The notes under the pieces: model-generated
Seen by the model: the letters and a program-made list of their open reading frames with translations, nothing else
The model's database searches: none
Told to the model about the DNA's origin: nothing
Translations under genes and position numbers: made by a program
Part shown: positions 42,571 through 54,637 of the stretch, one piece after another
How the letters are laid out: every line of letters begins with the position of its first letter
Numbering within the stretch: the first letter of the stretch is position 1
Source: an uncultured Acidimicrobiia bacterium
GTDB taxonomy: Bacteria > Actinomycetota > Acidimicrobiia > Acidimicrobiales > AC-14
Reading direction: 5' to 3'
Length of the DNA: 64,000 nt
NCBI GenBank assembly: GCA_963836205.1
Contig: CAWIIV010000014.1
Span: 96,001 to 160,000, forward strand

Positions 42571-42601
42571 GGAGAAGGCTCCCCGACGGGGAGCCTTCTC
42601 C
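42571..42601 (-). terminator. rrn terminator hairpin after 5S
   Basis: Perfect 14-bp stem ggagaaggctcccc-gac-ggggagccttctcc. Confidence 0.85.
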
Positions 42602-42609
42602 TGAAGAAA

Positions 42610-42726
<117 letters not shown>

Positions 42727-42915
42727 ACCTGTTGTCAACGGGATTTCTCCCGAGAACTTGATAGCGAGCACAAGCAAAAATATCCCCAAGCCCTCGGCCG
42801 ATTAGTACCGGTCGGCTGAAGACCTTGCGATCCTTACACCTCCGGCCTATCAACGTGGTCATCTGGCCACGGGCCTTACCAGGTTAACCCTGTGGGAGAT
42901 TTCATCTTGGAACGA

Positions 42916-42947
<32 letters not shown>

Positions 42948-43064
42948 CACCCGCAGGTCGCTAACCAGCCGTGCCCTTGGCAGGACAACTGGCACACGAG
43001 AGCTGCGTCCGTCCCGGTCCTCTCGTACTAGGGACAGCCTTCCTCAAATCTCCTACGGCTGCGA

Positions 43065-43096
<32 letters not shown>

Positions 43097-43112
43097 AAAC
43101 CCAGCTCGCGTA

Positions 43113-43146
<34 letters not shown>

Positions 43147-43156
43147 GATGCTTCAC

Positions 43157-43195
<39 letters not shown>

Positions 43196-43731
43196 TCCCG
43201 TCGATATGGACTCTTGGGGAAGATGAGCCTGTTATCCCCGGGGTACCTTTTATCCGTTGAGCGACGGCGCTTCCACACGCTACCGCCGGATCACTATGCC
43301 CTGCTTTCGCACCTGCTTGACGTGTTTGTCTCGCAGTCAAGCTCCCTTGTGCCATTGCACTCGACGGCTGATTGCCAACCAGCCTGAGGGAACCTTTGGG
43401 CACCTCCGTTACATTTTAGGAGGTGACCGCCCCAGTCAAACTACCCAGCTGCCGCTGTCCCCGATCCGGATAACGGACCTGGGTTAGAGCCCCAGTACGA
43501 ACAGGGTGGTATTTCAACGTTGGCTCCACCACGGCTGGCGCCGCAGCTTCCTAGCCTCCCACCTATCCTACACAATCCGTACCAAAGCTCAACATCAGCC
43601 TATAGTAAAGGTCCACGGGGTCTTTCCGTCCTGTCGCAGCTACCGAGCATCTTTACTCGGAGTTCAATTTCGCCGGGTCAGTGGTTGAGACAGTAGCCAA
43701 GTCGTTACGCCATTCGTGCAGGTCGGAACTT

Positions 43732-44109
<378 letters not shown>

Positions 44110-44844
44110 CCCTATATCCCCATATCGCTATGAGGGGTGGACCATATCTTCATCCGTCAGCTTCGATGACGGAGCTCTGCGTATGGCCTCTGAGGATTCC
44201 CAACACCTCAACACACCGATGATCTGCTCATCGGTGCGGCGTCGCTTGCCACCGCGGTTCATCGGGCTCCTCAATGCGAGGATTTCGATGATGCCTGCGG
44301 GTAGCAGGTGACGATCTGACTGGACGAGGCTCGTGATCTGACGGAAGACCGCCAGGTCGTTGGCCTTGGGGCCGCGCAACGGAAAGCGCTCGAAGAACGG
44401 GAAGACCCGCACCGCGAGCTCCGTCGGCCTTGTGACTTCAAAGTAGAAGACACCATCGCCGCGGCCTCGCACCGTTCCCACTCCGAAGGTCTGCCGCAGA
44501 AACGATGGCGCTTCTGGACCGACCTGCGAAACGTTGAACGACAGCGAGACCCGCCATGGCAGGCCACGGTCACCACTCCGACGGATGGGAACGTTGAAGC
44601 TTCCTTCTCCATCGACGAATCCCGCGATGTAGTGACCTACATCGGATGGAATCCGGTCCAACCAGTTCGAGGACCTGGGCCTTTCCTGCTGATTGTCCGC
44701 ACCGATCGGATTGTCACTGCTCACCCCACACACTCTACAAAGAGGGTGCGACATGAACGAGTACCGTCGGATACACGGGGTTTCCAGCATATAGCAGAGT
44801 TTTTGTCTGGCGGATTACTCCACCAGGGCCGCAACTTGGACCTT
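44110..44844 (-). mobile_element. Group I intron (IB-like, 735 nt) after 23S U1911, carrying a homing endonuclease gene
   Basis: Removal restores GGCGGCCGT|AACTATAACGG; ends in G; P1 GGCCGU/GCGGCC with U-G pair; P10 AGUU/AACU; P/Q AUGCUGGAAA/AAUCAGCAGG; P3 CUCUGC/GCAGAG; P7 GGCCAU/AUGGUC; P8 UCCGUCA/UGACGGA. Confidence 0.95.
44128..44724 (-). CDS. Single-motif LAGLIDADG homing endonuclease (start GTG 44724 or ATG 44754)
   Basis: YIAGFVDGEGSF motif, SFNVSQ, FGVGTV, VFPFFERFPLRGPKAND; ORF intact. Confidence 0.93.
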   Translation of the reverse strand: MSSDNPIGADNQQERPRSSNWLDRIPSDVGHYIAGFVDGEGSFNVPIRRSGDRGLPWRVSLSFNVSQVGPEAPSFLRQTFGVGTVRGRGDGVFYFEVTRPTELAVRVFPFFERFPLRGPKANDLAVFRQITSLVQSDRHLLPAGIIEILALRSPMNRGGKRRRTDEQIIGVLRCWESSEAIRRAPSSKLTDEDMVHPS

Positions 44845-45715
44845 ACGGCCGCCGTTTACTGGGGCTTAGGTTCAGAGCTTCGCCCTTGCGGACTAACCCT
44901 TCCCCGTAACCTTCCAGCACCGGGCAGGCGTCACAGCGTATACATCGTCTTACGACTTCGCACGCTGCTGTGTTTTTAGTAAACAGTCGCTTGGCCCTGC
45001 TCTCTGCGACCTCCTCGAGCTCGGCACGCGAAGTGCTTCACCCTAATGAGGCCCTCCTTCTCCCGAAGTTACGGAGGTATTTTGCCGAGTTCCTTAACCA
45101 CTGTTCTCCCGATCGCCTTGGTATTCTCTACCTGCCCACCTGCGTCGGTTTGGGGTACGGGCACCATGTCAGCTCGCTAGAGGCTTTTCTCGGCAGCATG
45201 GGATCAGTCACTTCGCCTGAAACGGCTCGGCATCGCGTCTCAGAGTATATGAAGCCCGGATTTGCCTAGGCTTCCTCCTACACGCTTACCCCGGGACAAC
45301 CAACGCCCGGGTTGACCTACCCTCCTGCGTCTCCCCATTGCTGTCCGCCACGGAAAGGGTCGGTTCGTCTCCCGAAGGAAACAAGCCCCTTAGCATTTCC
45401 GTCTTGGAATGGGCGCGGACACGGTGGTACTGGAATATCAACCAGTTGTGCATCGACTACGCCTCTCGGCCTCGCCTTAGCTCCCGACTCACCCTGGGCG
45501 GATTAGCCTTCCCCAGGAACCCTTGGGCATTCGGCGGACGAGTTTCTCACTCGTCTTTCGCTACTCATGCCGGCATTCGCTCTCGAACGCGCTCCACGAC
45601 GGTTTCCACCCCCGCTTCACGGCACGCTCGACGCTCCCCTACCACTTCTGCGCAAGCGCAGAAATCCGCAGCTTCGGCTCTAGGCTTGAGCCCCGTTACA
45701 TTGTCCGCGCGGGAC

Positions 45716-45746
<31 letters not shown>

Positions 45747-45747
45747 T

Positions 45748-45790
<43 letters not shown>

Positions 45791-46799
45791 TCCCACATCG
45801 TTTCCCACTTAGCCTAGAATTTGGGGCCTTAGCTGGCGGTCTGGGCTGTTTCCCTCTCGACCATGAAGCTCATCCCCCATGGTCTCACTGCCGGGCTGTG
45901 AGCATTGGCATTCGGAGTTTGATTGGGGTCGGTAAGCTTGTAGGCCCCCTAACCCATTCAGTGCTCTACCTCCAATGCTGATCACCCGACGCTGCACCTA
46001 AATGCATTTCGGGGAGAACCAGCTATCACCGAGTTTGCTTGGCCTTTCACCCCTATCCACAAGTCATCCCCCATGTTTTCAACCATGGTGGGTTCGGTCC
46101 TCCACGGGGTCTTACCCCCGCTTCAACCTGCCCATGGATAGATCACTCGGCTTCGGGTCTACCGCAAGCGACTGAACGCCCTATTCAGACTCGCTTTCGC
46201 TCCGGCTCCCCCTCACGGGTTAACCTTGCCACTTACGGTAACTCGCCGGCTCATTCTTCAAAAGGCACGCCATCACGGCCTTGTGGGCGAACCCACAAGA
46301 CGACGCTCTGACTGTTTGTAAGCCAACGGTTTCAGGTACTATTTCACTCCCCTCCCGGGGTGCTTTTCACCTTTCCCTCACGGTACTAGTTCGCTATCGG
46401 TCGCCTGAAAGTACTTAGCCTTACGAGGTGGTCCTCGCAGATTCACGCCGACCTTCCCGGGTCCGGCGCTACTTGGGATGACGATCTGAGTCTGAATACC
46501 TTTCGCATACGGGGCTCTTACCCACTACGGCGCGACGTTCCAGAACGCTTCTGCTAGGCATCAGATTTGTAACTCAGTTCGTGGGTCTGGTGCCCCACGC
46601 TATCGGTCCCGCAACCCCGAACTGGCAACGCCACCAGGCTATTGCACCAATCCGGTTTAGGCTCTTCCCGTTTCGCTCGCCGCTACTCAGGGAGTCGCAT
46701 TTGCTTTCCTTTCCACAGGGTACTGAGATGTTTCAGTTCCCCCGGTTCCCTCTACCCGCCCTATATATTCAGGCGGGAGTAACGCCCCATGACGGGCGC

Positions 46800-46831
<32 letters not shown>

Positions 46832-47301
46832 AGCTTGGTCGGCAGCTCCCCGTAGCTTTTCGCAGCCACCCACGTCCTTCATCGGCTTCAGGCGCCAAGG
46901 CATCCACCGTTGGCTCTTTGTAGCTTGGAGAATCAAAGATGCTCGTGCTCGCTATGAAGTTCTCAAGAGGCCGACGAATCGGCACCGAAGGCGCCTTCGA
47001 CTCGTCGGAACAGACAAGCGGTCAGCGCCGAAGGCGCTGGCATTGCCTTTGCTGGCTGGAGACGCCAACGGCCGCCCCTCGAAAGGAGCGGCGCGGGGAC
47101 GACCCCGAAGGGGGCGAGTGCCCCCAGAAAACGGAACAGAGACATGCGAGAAACAAACGTCGAGGCCGACCCGGAATGGGTCGTCTACCTCGGCGGTCCT
47201 TCCAGCGAGACCTTGCGGTCGGGCCGGTCGACCAGTGATCAACTGGGAGTCCTCGAGTGACGAAACCTCAGTGAAGAGGCCTCGTGTCGAGCAGTAAGAC
47301 T

Positions 47302-48832
<1,531 letters not shown>

Positions 48833-49025
48833 GACCTCAGGCCAGCTGTCCCCCCAAAAAATGAGTGGGCAACCAACCGTGAAATCGGAGAGCCAGGCCG
48901 CGGAGTGACTGAACTCCTTGGCCCGACTGGCACAGAGCGGTTTGTGGCGTCTGGATCGCTCCAGACGCGTTGTCCGTTCAGTGCTTGAAACTGATGCGAT
49001 CGCACGCGATCGCCCGCACTGGCGT

Positions 49026-49054
49026 TTACAAGCTGTCTCTGTTCCGTTTTCAAG
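49026..49054 (-). promoter_or_regulatory. rrn leader boxA-like/RNase III processing stem, complementary to ITS 47125-47160
   Basis: Minus-strand leader GAAAACGGAACAGAGACA pairs with ITS TGTCTCTGTTCCGTTTTC; an analogous 23S stem pairs about 46940-46966 with 42751-42777. Confidence 0.8.
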
Positions 49055-49206
49055 GAGCGCTGGCCAGGGGGGCACGCGTCGGAGACGGTGGTGCACTCCT
49101 GTCTGGTCGAGGGTTGCGGGCAGAACTCGCACTTCCTCGGCACTCGGACCTCTCACCTGCTCGCAGCCCTGGGTCTCCCCGAGGCCGCAGTCCGGCGCAA
49201 TTGCCT

Positions 49207-49235
49207 AACGTACCACCGCGGGTGCCTCTTGGCAA
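49207..49235 (-). promoter_or_regulatory. Putative sigma-A promoter of the rRNA operon
   Basis: TTGCCA-17 bp-TACGTT with an extended TG. Confidence 0.7.
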
Positions 49236-49259
49236 CCGGGCGGGGCGTGCACGGACCCC

Positions 49260-50531
49260 TCAGACGAAGCGCACCAAGTGGTAGCTGCGCTTGCCCCGCC
49301 GGAGCACGAGGTACGAACCTACCAGCAGATCGGAAGGCCCCAGTCGCCGGTCGACGTCGGCCTCCCGCCGGTTGTTGACGTACACCCCGCCCTGGTCGAT
49401 CGCCGTCCGCGCTGCCGACTTCGACGCCACCAGCCCGGTGTCCACCAGCAGCTCCACCAGGCCGAGGCCGTCGCCGTCGAGCTCGGCCCGCGGCCGCGAG
49501 GTCGCGGGAGCCTCCGCGAACACCTCCAGCAGGGTCGGCCCGTCGAGTCCGTCCAACTCGCCGCCGAACAGCGCCGCCGCCGCCTGCTCCGCGGCGACGG
49601 CGGCATCCCGCCCGTGTACGGCCGTCGTCACCTCCCGGGCCAGCACCCGCTGCGCCTCCCGCCGCTCGGGGTGCTCCGCCACCGCCGCCTCCAGCTCCTC
49701 GATGCGGGCGCGGCCGAGCCACGTGAACAGGCGCAGGTAACGGCCGACGTCGGCGTCGCCCACCCGCAGCCAGAACTGGAAGAACTCGTAGGGGCTGGTG
49801 CGGGCGGGGTCGAGCCAGAGGTTGCCGCCCTCGCTCTTGCCGAACTTCGATCCGTCGGCCCGCGTGACCAGGGGGAACGTCATCCCGTAGGCCTGGACGC
49901 GGGAGCGGCGATGGATGAGGTCGATGCCGGCGGTGATGTTCCCCCACTGGTCGCTGCCGCCGACCTGGAGCCGGCAGCCGCGATGCTCGCACAGGTGCCA
50001 GAAGTCGTAGGCCTGGAGCAGCATGTAGGAGAACTCCTTGTAGGAGATCCCCTGGTCGCGCTCGAGGCGGGCCCGCACCGAGTCCTTGGCCATCATGTCG
50101 TTGACCCGGAAGTGGCCGCCGACGTCGCGCAGGAAGTCGGTGAGGCGCAGCGGACGCAGCCAGTCGGCATTGTCGACCAGGTCGATCTCGGTGCCGACGA
50201 TCCGCTCCACCTGCCGGCGAATGCCCTCGGCGTTGGCCCGGATCTGGTCATCCGCCAGCATGGGGCGCTCGGCGTCCTTGCCGCTGGGGTCGCCGACCAG
50301 GGTGGTGCCGCCGCCGAGCAGCACGATCGGACGATGCCCCGCCCGCTGCAACCGGGCGGTGACCATCAGCGGCAGGAGGCTGCCCACGTGCAGGCTGTCG
50401 GCGGTGGCGTCGAAGCCGACGTAGAAGGTGAGCGGCTTCCCCCCCAGCCGGGTGCCGAGCTCGGGGTCGGTGACCTGGGCCACCATGCCCCGCCACTCCA
50501 ACTCCTCGAACACGCCCGACGTGGCCCGCAC
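49260..50531 (-). CDS. tyrS: Tyrosine--tRNA ligase
   Basis: YVGFDATADSLHVG, QVGGSDQWGN, KFGKS, C-terminal S4 domain. Confidence 0.98.
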   Translation of the reverse strand: MRATSGVFEELEWRGMVAQVTDPELGTRLGGKPLTFYVGFDATADSLHVGSLLPLMVTARLQRAGHRPIVLLGGGTTLVGDPSGKDAERPMLADDQIRANAEGIRRQVERIVGTEIDLVDNADWLRPLRLTDFLRDVGGHFRVNDMMAKDSVRARLERDQGISYKEFSYMLLQAYDFWHLCEHRGCRLQVGGSDQWGNITAGIDLIHRRSRVQAYGMTFPLVTRADGSKFGKSEGGNLWLDPARTSPYEFFQFWLRVGDADVGRYLRLFTWLGRARIEELEAAVAEHPERREAQRVLAREVTTAVHGRDAAVAAEQAAAALFGGELDGLDGPTLLEVFAEAPATSRPRAELDGDGLGLVELLVDTGLVASKSAARTAIDQGGVYVNNRREADVDRRLGPSDLLVGSYLVLRRGKRSYHLVRFV

Positions 50532-50708
50532 CGCGGCACCGTACCCCGCTCCCGACCGACCACCTCGGGTTTGGTCCCCCGCCCGTAGGCGCAGGCGACC
50601 GTCGGGTCGGCGACGACCAAGGCAGGTCGCCCTTGCGACGGGTGGGGGAGCGGACGCCGTCGGCGGCGGGTGCCGGCGCGAGCGACGCGAGCGTCCCTGC
50701 CGGTCGGC

Positions 50709-51299
50709 TCAGCCGGGGCGGGACAGGCCGGGGGCGCCGGAGACGTAGTAGCGCCAGGGGCGCTCGGTTGCCACCCGGATGCCGACGCGGGCGCTGGATG
50801 CGACCGCCAGGGGCGGCGGCGTCCCGTCGTCGGCGACCACCACGCCCCGGTCGCCTGTCACCAGGTCGGCGCCGTCGAGCGCCCGGTCGATCCCGAGGGC
50901 CAGACAGAGGCGGGCGGGTCCGGCACACAGGTCCCGTTCACGATGGCACCGAGGGCGGACCGTCCACATCTCGTCGACGCCGTTCACCGGGGTCAGGCCC
51001 CGGAGGAGCACGGCCGACGCCTCCCCCTCGGCGCCACAGACCACGTTGGCGCAGAAGTGCATCCCGTAGGTGAAGTAGACGTAGAGGTGCCCGGGCGGAC
51101 CGAACATGGTCGCGTTGCGGGCGGTGCGGCCCCGGAAGGCATGGCTGGCGGGGTCGTCGGCGCCGCAGTAGGCCTCCACCTCCACGATCCGACCGGCCCG
51201 ACCGTCGCCCACCACCAGCAGCTTGTTGAGCAGGTCGGGGGCGACCTCCAGGCTGGGCCGGCGGTAGAAGTCCCGGGCCAGGGCACCCGCCTCGGTCAA
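50709..51299 (-). CDS. mpg: 3-methyladenine DNA glycosylase (MPG/AAG)
   Basis: IVEVEAY, MFGPPGHLYVYFTYGMH, GPARLC, RVGI. Confidence 0.93.
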   Translation of the reverse strand: MTEAGALARDFYRRPSLEVAPDLLNKLLVVGDGRAGRIVEVEAYCGADDPASHAFRGRTARNATMFGPPGHLYVYFTYGMHFCANVVCGAEGEASAVLLRGLTPVNGVDEMWTVRPRCHRERDLCAGPARLCLALGIDRALDGADLVTGDRGVVVADDGTPPPLAVASSARVGIRVATERPWRYYVSGAPGLSRPG

Positions 51300-52684
51300 C
51301 CGCGGGCCAGCCGTTCCCCGTCGAGGTCCAGTCGGGACCGGAAGCGGCGCAGCTGCTCGGCCACCGGACCCGGTCCGGCCCCGCCCGGCGTGGTGCGGCG
51401 GGTGACGGGGACCCCCGGCTCCAGCAGGCCCACCGCGTCGGCCCCCAGGTGGGGCGAGGCCGCCACCAGCTCGGCCAGGGGGACGTGGCGGTCGAGCGAT
51501 TCCCGCACCAACTCGGCCACGATCCCGTGGGCGGCCCGGAAGGCCACCCCCCGCACCACCATCCACTCGGCCAGGTCGACCGCGGCCGCCTCGGGCGAGT
51601 CGGCGGCCGCGGCCATACGGCGGACGTCGAAGCGGGCGGTGTCGAGCAGCCCGGTGAGGGCGAGCAGGCCCAGACCCATCTGGTCGACCGAATCGAAGAG
51701 CGGTTCCTTGTCCTCCTGGAGGTCGCGGTTGTAGGCGAGGGGCAGGCCTTTGAGGGCCACCAACATCGCCATCAGGTTCCCGATGAGCCGGCCCGCCTTG
51801 CCCCGGGCCAGCTCGGCCACGTCGGGGTTCTTCTTCTGGGGCAGCATCGAGCTGCCGGTGGCCCACTCGTCGGCCAGGCGGAGGAAGCCGAACTCGCCGC
51901 TCGACCACAGCACCACCTCCTCCCCGATCCGGGACAGGTGGATGCCGAGCAGGGCCAAGGCGAACAGGGACTCGGCCACGAAGTCGCGGTCGCCCACCGC
52001 GTCGAGCGAGTTGTCGAAGGTGGCCGCGAAGCCGAGGTCGCGGGCGGTGCCCACCGGGTCGAGGGGCAAGGACGAACCGGCCAACGCCCCCGCCCCGAGG
52101 GGGGACACGTCGACCCGGCGACGGGCGTCGAGCAGACGGTCGACATCGCGGGCCAGGGCCCATCCATGGGCCAGCAGGTGGTGGGCCAAGAGCACCGGCT
52201 GGGCCCGCTGGAGGTGGGTGTAGCCGGGGAGGTAGACCCCCTTGTCGAGGGCCCACTCGGCCCGGCCCAGCAGGACCCGCTGGAGGCCGATCACCTGGCG
52301 GGCGACGGTGACCAGCTCCCGCTTCGTCCACAGCCGCAGGTCGGTGGCCACCTGGTCGTTGCGGCTGCGGCCGGTGTGGAGCTTTGCCCCCGCGGGGCCG
52401 GCCAGCTCGGTGACCCGGCGCTCGACCGCGGTGTGCACGTCCTCGTCGCCGGGGCCGAAGCGGAAGGTGCCCTCCGCCAGCTCCTCGCCCACGGTGTCGA
52501 GGGCCTCGAGGATCGAGGCGGCTTCTTCACCGGTGAGCAGACCCCCCCGCTGGAGGCCCCGCACGTGGGCCTTGGAGCCGGCCACGTCGTCGGCCGCCAG
52601 CCGGACGTCGACCGGCAGGCTGGCGGTGAAGGCCATGAGGCCGTCGGCCGCCTCGGCGTCGAACCGTCCCTGCCAGAGGGTCAC
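51296..52684 (-). CDS. argH: Argininosuccinate lyase
   Basis: LWQGRF, HTGRSRNDQ, GSSMLPQKKNPD, YNRDLQEDK. Confidence 0.97.
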   Translation of the reverse strand: MTLWQGRFDAEAADGLMAFTASLPVDVRLAADDVAGSKAHVRGLQRGGLLTGEEAASILEALDTVGEELAEGTFRFGPGDEDVHTAVERRVTELAGPAGAKLHTGRSRNDQVATDLRLWTKRELVTVARQVIGLQRVLLGRAEWALDKGVYLPGYTHLQRAQPVLLAHHLLAHGWALARDVDRLLDARRRVDVSPLGAGALAGSSLPLDPVGTARDLGFAATFDNSLDAVGDRDFVAESLFALALLGIHLSRIGEEVVLWSSGEFGFLRLADEWATGSSMLPQKKNPDVAELARGKAGRLIGNLMAMLVALKGLPLAYNRDLQEDKEPLFDSVDQMGLGLLALTGLLDTARFDVRRMAAAADSPEAAAVDLAEWMVVRGVAFRAAHGIVAELVRESLDRHVPLAELVAASPHLGADAVGLLEPGVPVTRRTTPGGAGPGPVAEQLRRFRSRLDLDGERLARG

Positions 52685-53907
52685 GAGCCCCCGTCGCCGG
52701 AGCCGGAGCCGGAGTCGCCGCGCACCTGGCGGCTGGCCCAGGTCTGCACGCCCAGTCCCCAGAGGCGGACGAAGCCGGCGGCGTCGTCGTGGTTGAAGGT
52801 GTCGGACGCGTCGTAGGTGGCCAGCCCGTGGTCGTAGAGGCCGACCGGGCTGCGGCGGCCGACCACCTCGCACCGGCCGGAGGCGCAGCGCAGGCGAACG
52901 TCGCCCGTCACGTAGGTCTGGCTCTCGTCGACGAAGGCGTCGATGGCCTGCTTGAGGGGGGAGAACCACATCCCGTCGTAGACCAGCTCCGCCCACCTCG
53001 GTTCGAGACGGAGCTTCTCGTGGGCCAGGTCGTGCTCGAGGGTGAGCCCCTCCAGGTCCTGGTGGGCGTGGATGAGGGCGAGGGCGCCGGGGGCCTCGTA
53101 GACCTCCCGGCTCTTGATGCCTACCCGGCGGTTCTCGACCATGTCGATCCGTCCCCAGCCGTAGGAGCCGACGACTCCGCCGACGGCCGGGATCAGCTCG
53201 TGGAGGGCCATCCGCACCCCGTCGACCGCCACCGGGAGGCCGGTCTCGAAGCTGATCGTCAGCTCGGTGGGCTCGGTGGCGGTGGGCACCGTCATGGCGA
53301 AGACGTCCTCCGGCGGCTGGGCCCAGGGGTCCTCGATGATGCCGCACTCGATGGCCCGGCCCCACAGGTTCTCGTCGATGGAGTAGAGGCTGGTCTTGCT
53401 GGCCCGGATGGGGATGCCGTGGCGGTGGGCGTAGTGGAGGGAGTCCTCCCGGGTCATCCCCCACTCCCGCACCGGGGCCAAGACCTCCAGGTCGGGGGCC
53501 AGGGCCCGGGTGGAGACCTCGAAGCGGACCTGGTCGTTGCCCTTGCCGGTGCACCCGTGGGCGACGGCGTCGGCGCCGAACTCCCGGGCCGCGGCCACCA
53601 GGTGCTTGACGATCACCGGCCGGGAGAGCGACGACACCAACGGGTAGCGGCCCTCGTACAGGGCGTTGGCCTTGAGCGCGGGGGCGACGAAGTCAGCCGC
53701 GTACTCGGCCTTGCAGTCGACGACCAAGGCCTCGATGGCGCCCGCGGCCAGGGCCCGCTCCTTGAGGGTCTCGGGCGAGTCGGATGCGCCCTGGCCCACG
53801 TCGGCGGCGAGGGCGATCACCTCCACGCCCTTCTCCTCGATCAGCCAGCGGACGGCGACCGAGGTGTCGAGCCCCCCCGAGTACGCCAACACGACACGCT
53901 TGGCCAC
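52681..53907 (-). CDS. argG: Argininosuccinate synthase
   Basis: LAYSGGLDTS, HGCTGKGNDQVRFE, ENRRVGIKSRE. Confidence 0.98.
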   Translation of the reverse strand: MAKRVVLAYSGGLDTSVAVRWLIEEKGVEVIALAADVGQGASDSPETLKERALAAGAIEALVVDCKAEYAADFVAPALKANALYEGRYPLVSSLSRPVIVKHLVAAAREFGADAVAHGCTGKGNDQVRFEVSTRALAPDLEVLAPVREWGMTREDSLHYAHRHGIPIRASKTSLYSIDENLWGRAIECGIIEDPWAQPPEDVFAMTVPTATEPTELTISFETGLPVAVDGVRMALHELIPAVGGVVGSYGWGRIDMVENRRVGIKSREVYEAPGALALIHAHQDLEGLTLEHDLAHEKLRLEPRWAELVYDGMWFSPLKQAIDAFVDESQTYVTGDVRLRCASGRCEVVGRRSPVGLYDHGLATYDASDTFNHDDAAGFVRLWGLGVQTWASRQVRGDSGSGSGDGGS

Positions 53908-53910
53908 AGG

Positions 53911-54498
53911 TCAGTCTTCTCCTTCAGAGGGGGTGGAGGCAGAGGGGGTGGAGGCAGAGGGGGAGGCAGAGGGGTCGGGGGTGCCGAACGCGAACCGGCT
54001 CAGGCGCTGGGCCACCTTCTGGCCGCCAGCCCGTTCGGTGGCGATCACCAGGAGGGTGTCGTCGCCGGCCACCGTCCCCACGATGTCGGGCAGCGAGGCC
54101 CGGTCGAGGGCGGAGCCGACCACGTGGGCCGACCCGGGCGGGGTGCGGAGGACGACGACATTGTCGGAATAGGCCACCTCCAGCACCCACTCGCCCAGCA
54201 CCCGGCGGAGGTGCTCCTCGGGCGCCAACCGCTCCTTGGCGTGCTCGGGGATGGCGTACATGGGCTCGCCCCCGGCCATCCGCACCTTGACCGCGCCCAG
54301 GTCGTCGAGGTCGCGCGACACGGTGGCCTGGGTGGCCACCACGCCCTCGGCGGCCAGGAGGTCGACGAGCTGGGCCTGGCTGGACACGGCCTGGGCCTCG
54401 ATGATGCGGGCCAACCGGTGCTGGCGCTGGGGCTTGGCCAGCCGCAACGGGCCCCCCGCGATCACGGGGTCCCGCCGGGGCACGCCGGCGTTGGTCAC
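53911..54498 (-). CDS. argR: Arginine repressor
   Basis: TQATVSRDL, LRTPPGSAH, GTVAGDDT. Confidence 0.95.
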   Translation of the reverse strand: MTNAGVPRRDPVIAGGPLRLAKPQRQHRLARIIEAQAVSSQAQLVDLLAAEGVVATQATVSRDLDDLGAVKVRMAGGEPMYAIPEHAKERLAPEEHLRRVLGEWVLEVAYSDNVVVLRTPPGSAHVVGSALDRASLPDIVGTVAGDDTLLVIATERAGGQKVAQRLSRFAFGTPDPSASPSASTPSASTPSEGED

Positions 54499-54507
54499 GC
54501 GCCGCCC

Positions 54508-54623
54508 GCCAACCAGTGACGGATCCGGTGGTCCTGGCCACCGAAAACGTCACCGGTTCGTACGGGGTGGGCCAACCGGTGACGGCTCCGGTGGTCCTGG
54601 CCACCGAAAACGTCACCGGTTCG
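54508..54623. repeat. Two tandem 53-bp palindromic units (period 63 bp) between argF and argR
   Basis: gccaacc(a/g)gtgacgg(a/c)tccggtggtcctggccaccgaaaacgtcaccggttcg x2; each unit folds aaccggtgacg/cgtcaccggtt and cggtgg/ccaccg. Confidence 0.9.
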
Positions 54624-54637
54624 CACCGCAGTGGCAT

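Noticed and set aside
44110-44844. Assigning the HEG intron to the known L1917 site
   Set aside because: Exon reconstruction, omega-G and P1/P10 pairing all place the junction after GGCCGU (U1911); AACUAUAAC lies wholly in the downstream exon.
45335-45425. Third intron or IVS in 23S
   Set aside because: Corresponds to the known ~100-nt actinobacterial domain III insertion; no group I core motifs.
54508-54623. CRISPR array
   Set aside because: Only two units, a 10-bp spacer, 53-bp repeats and no cas genes.
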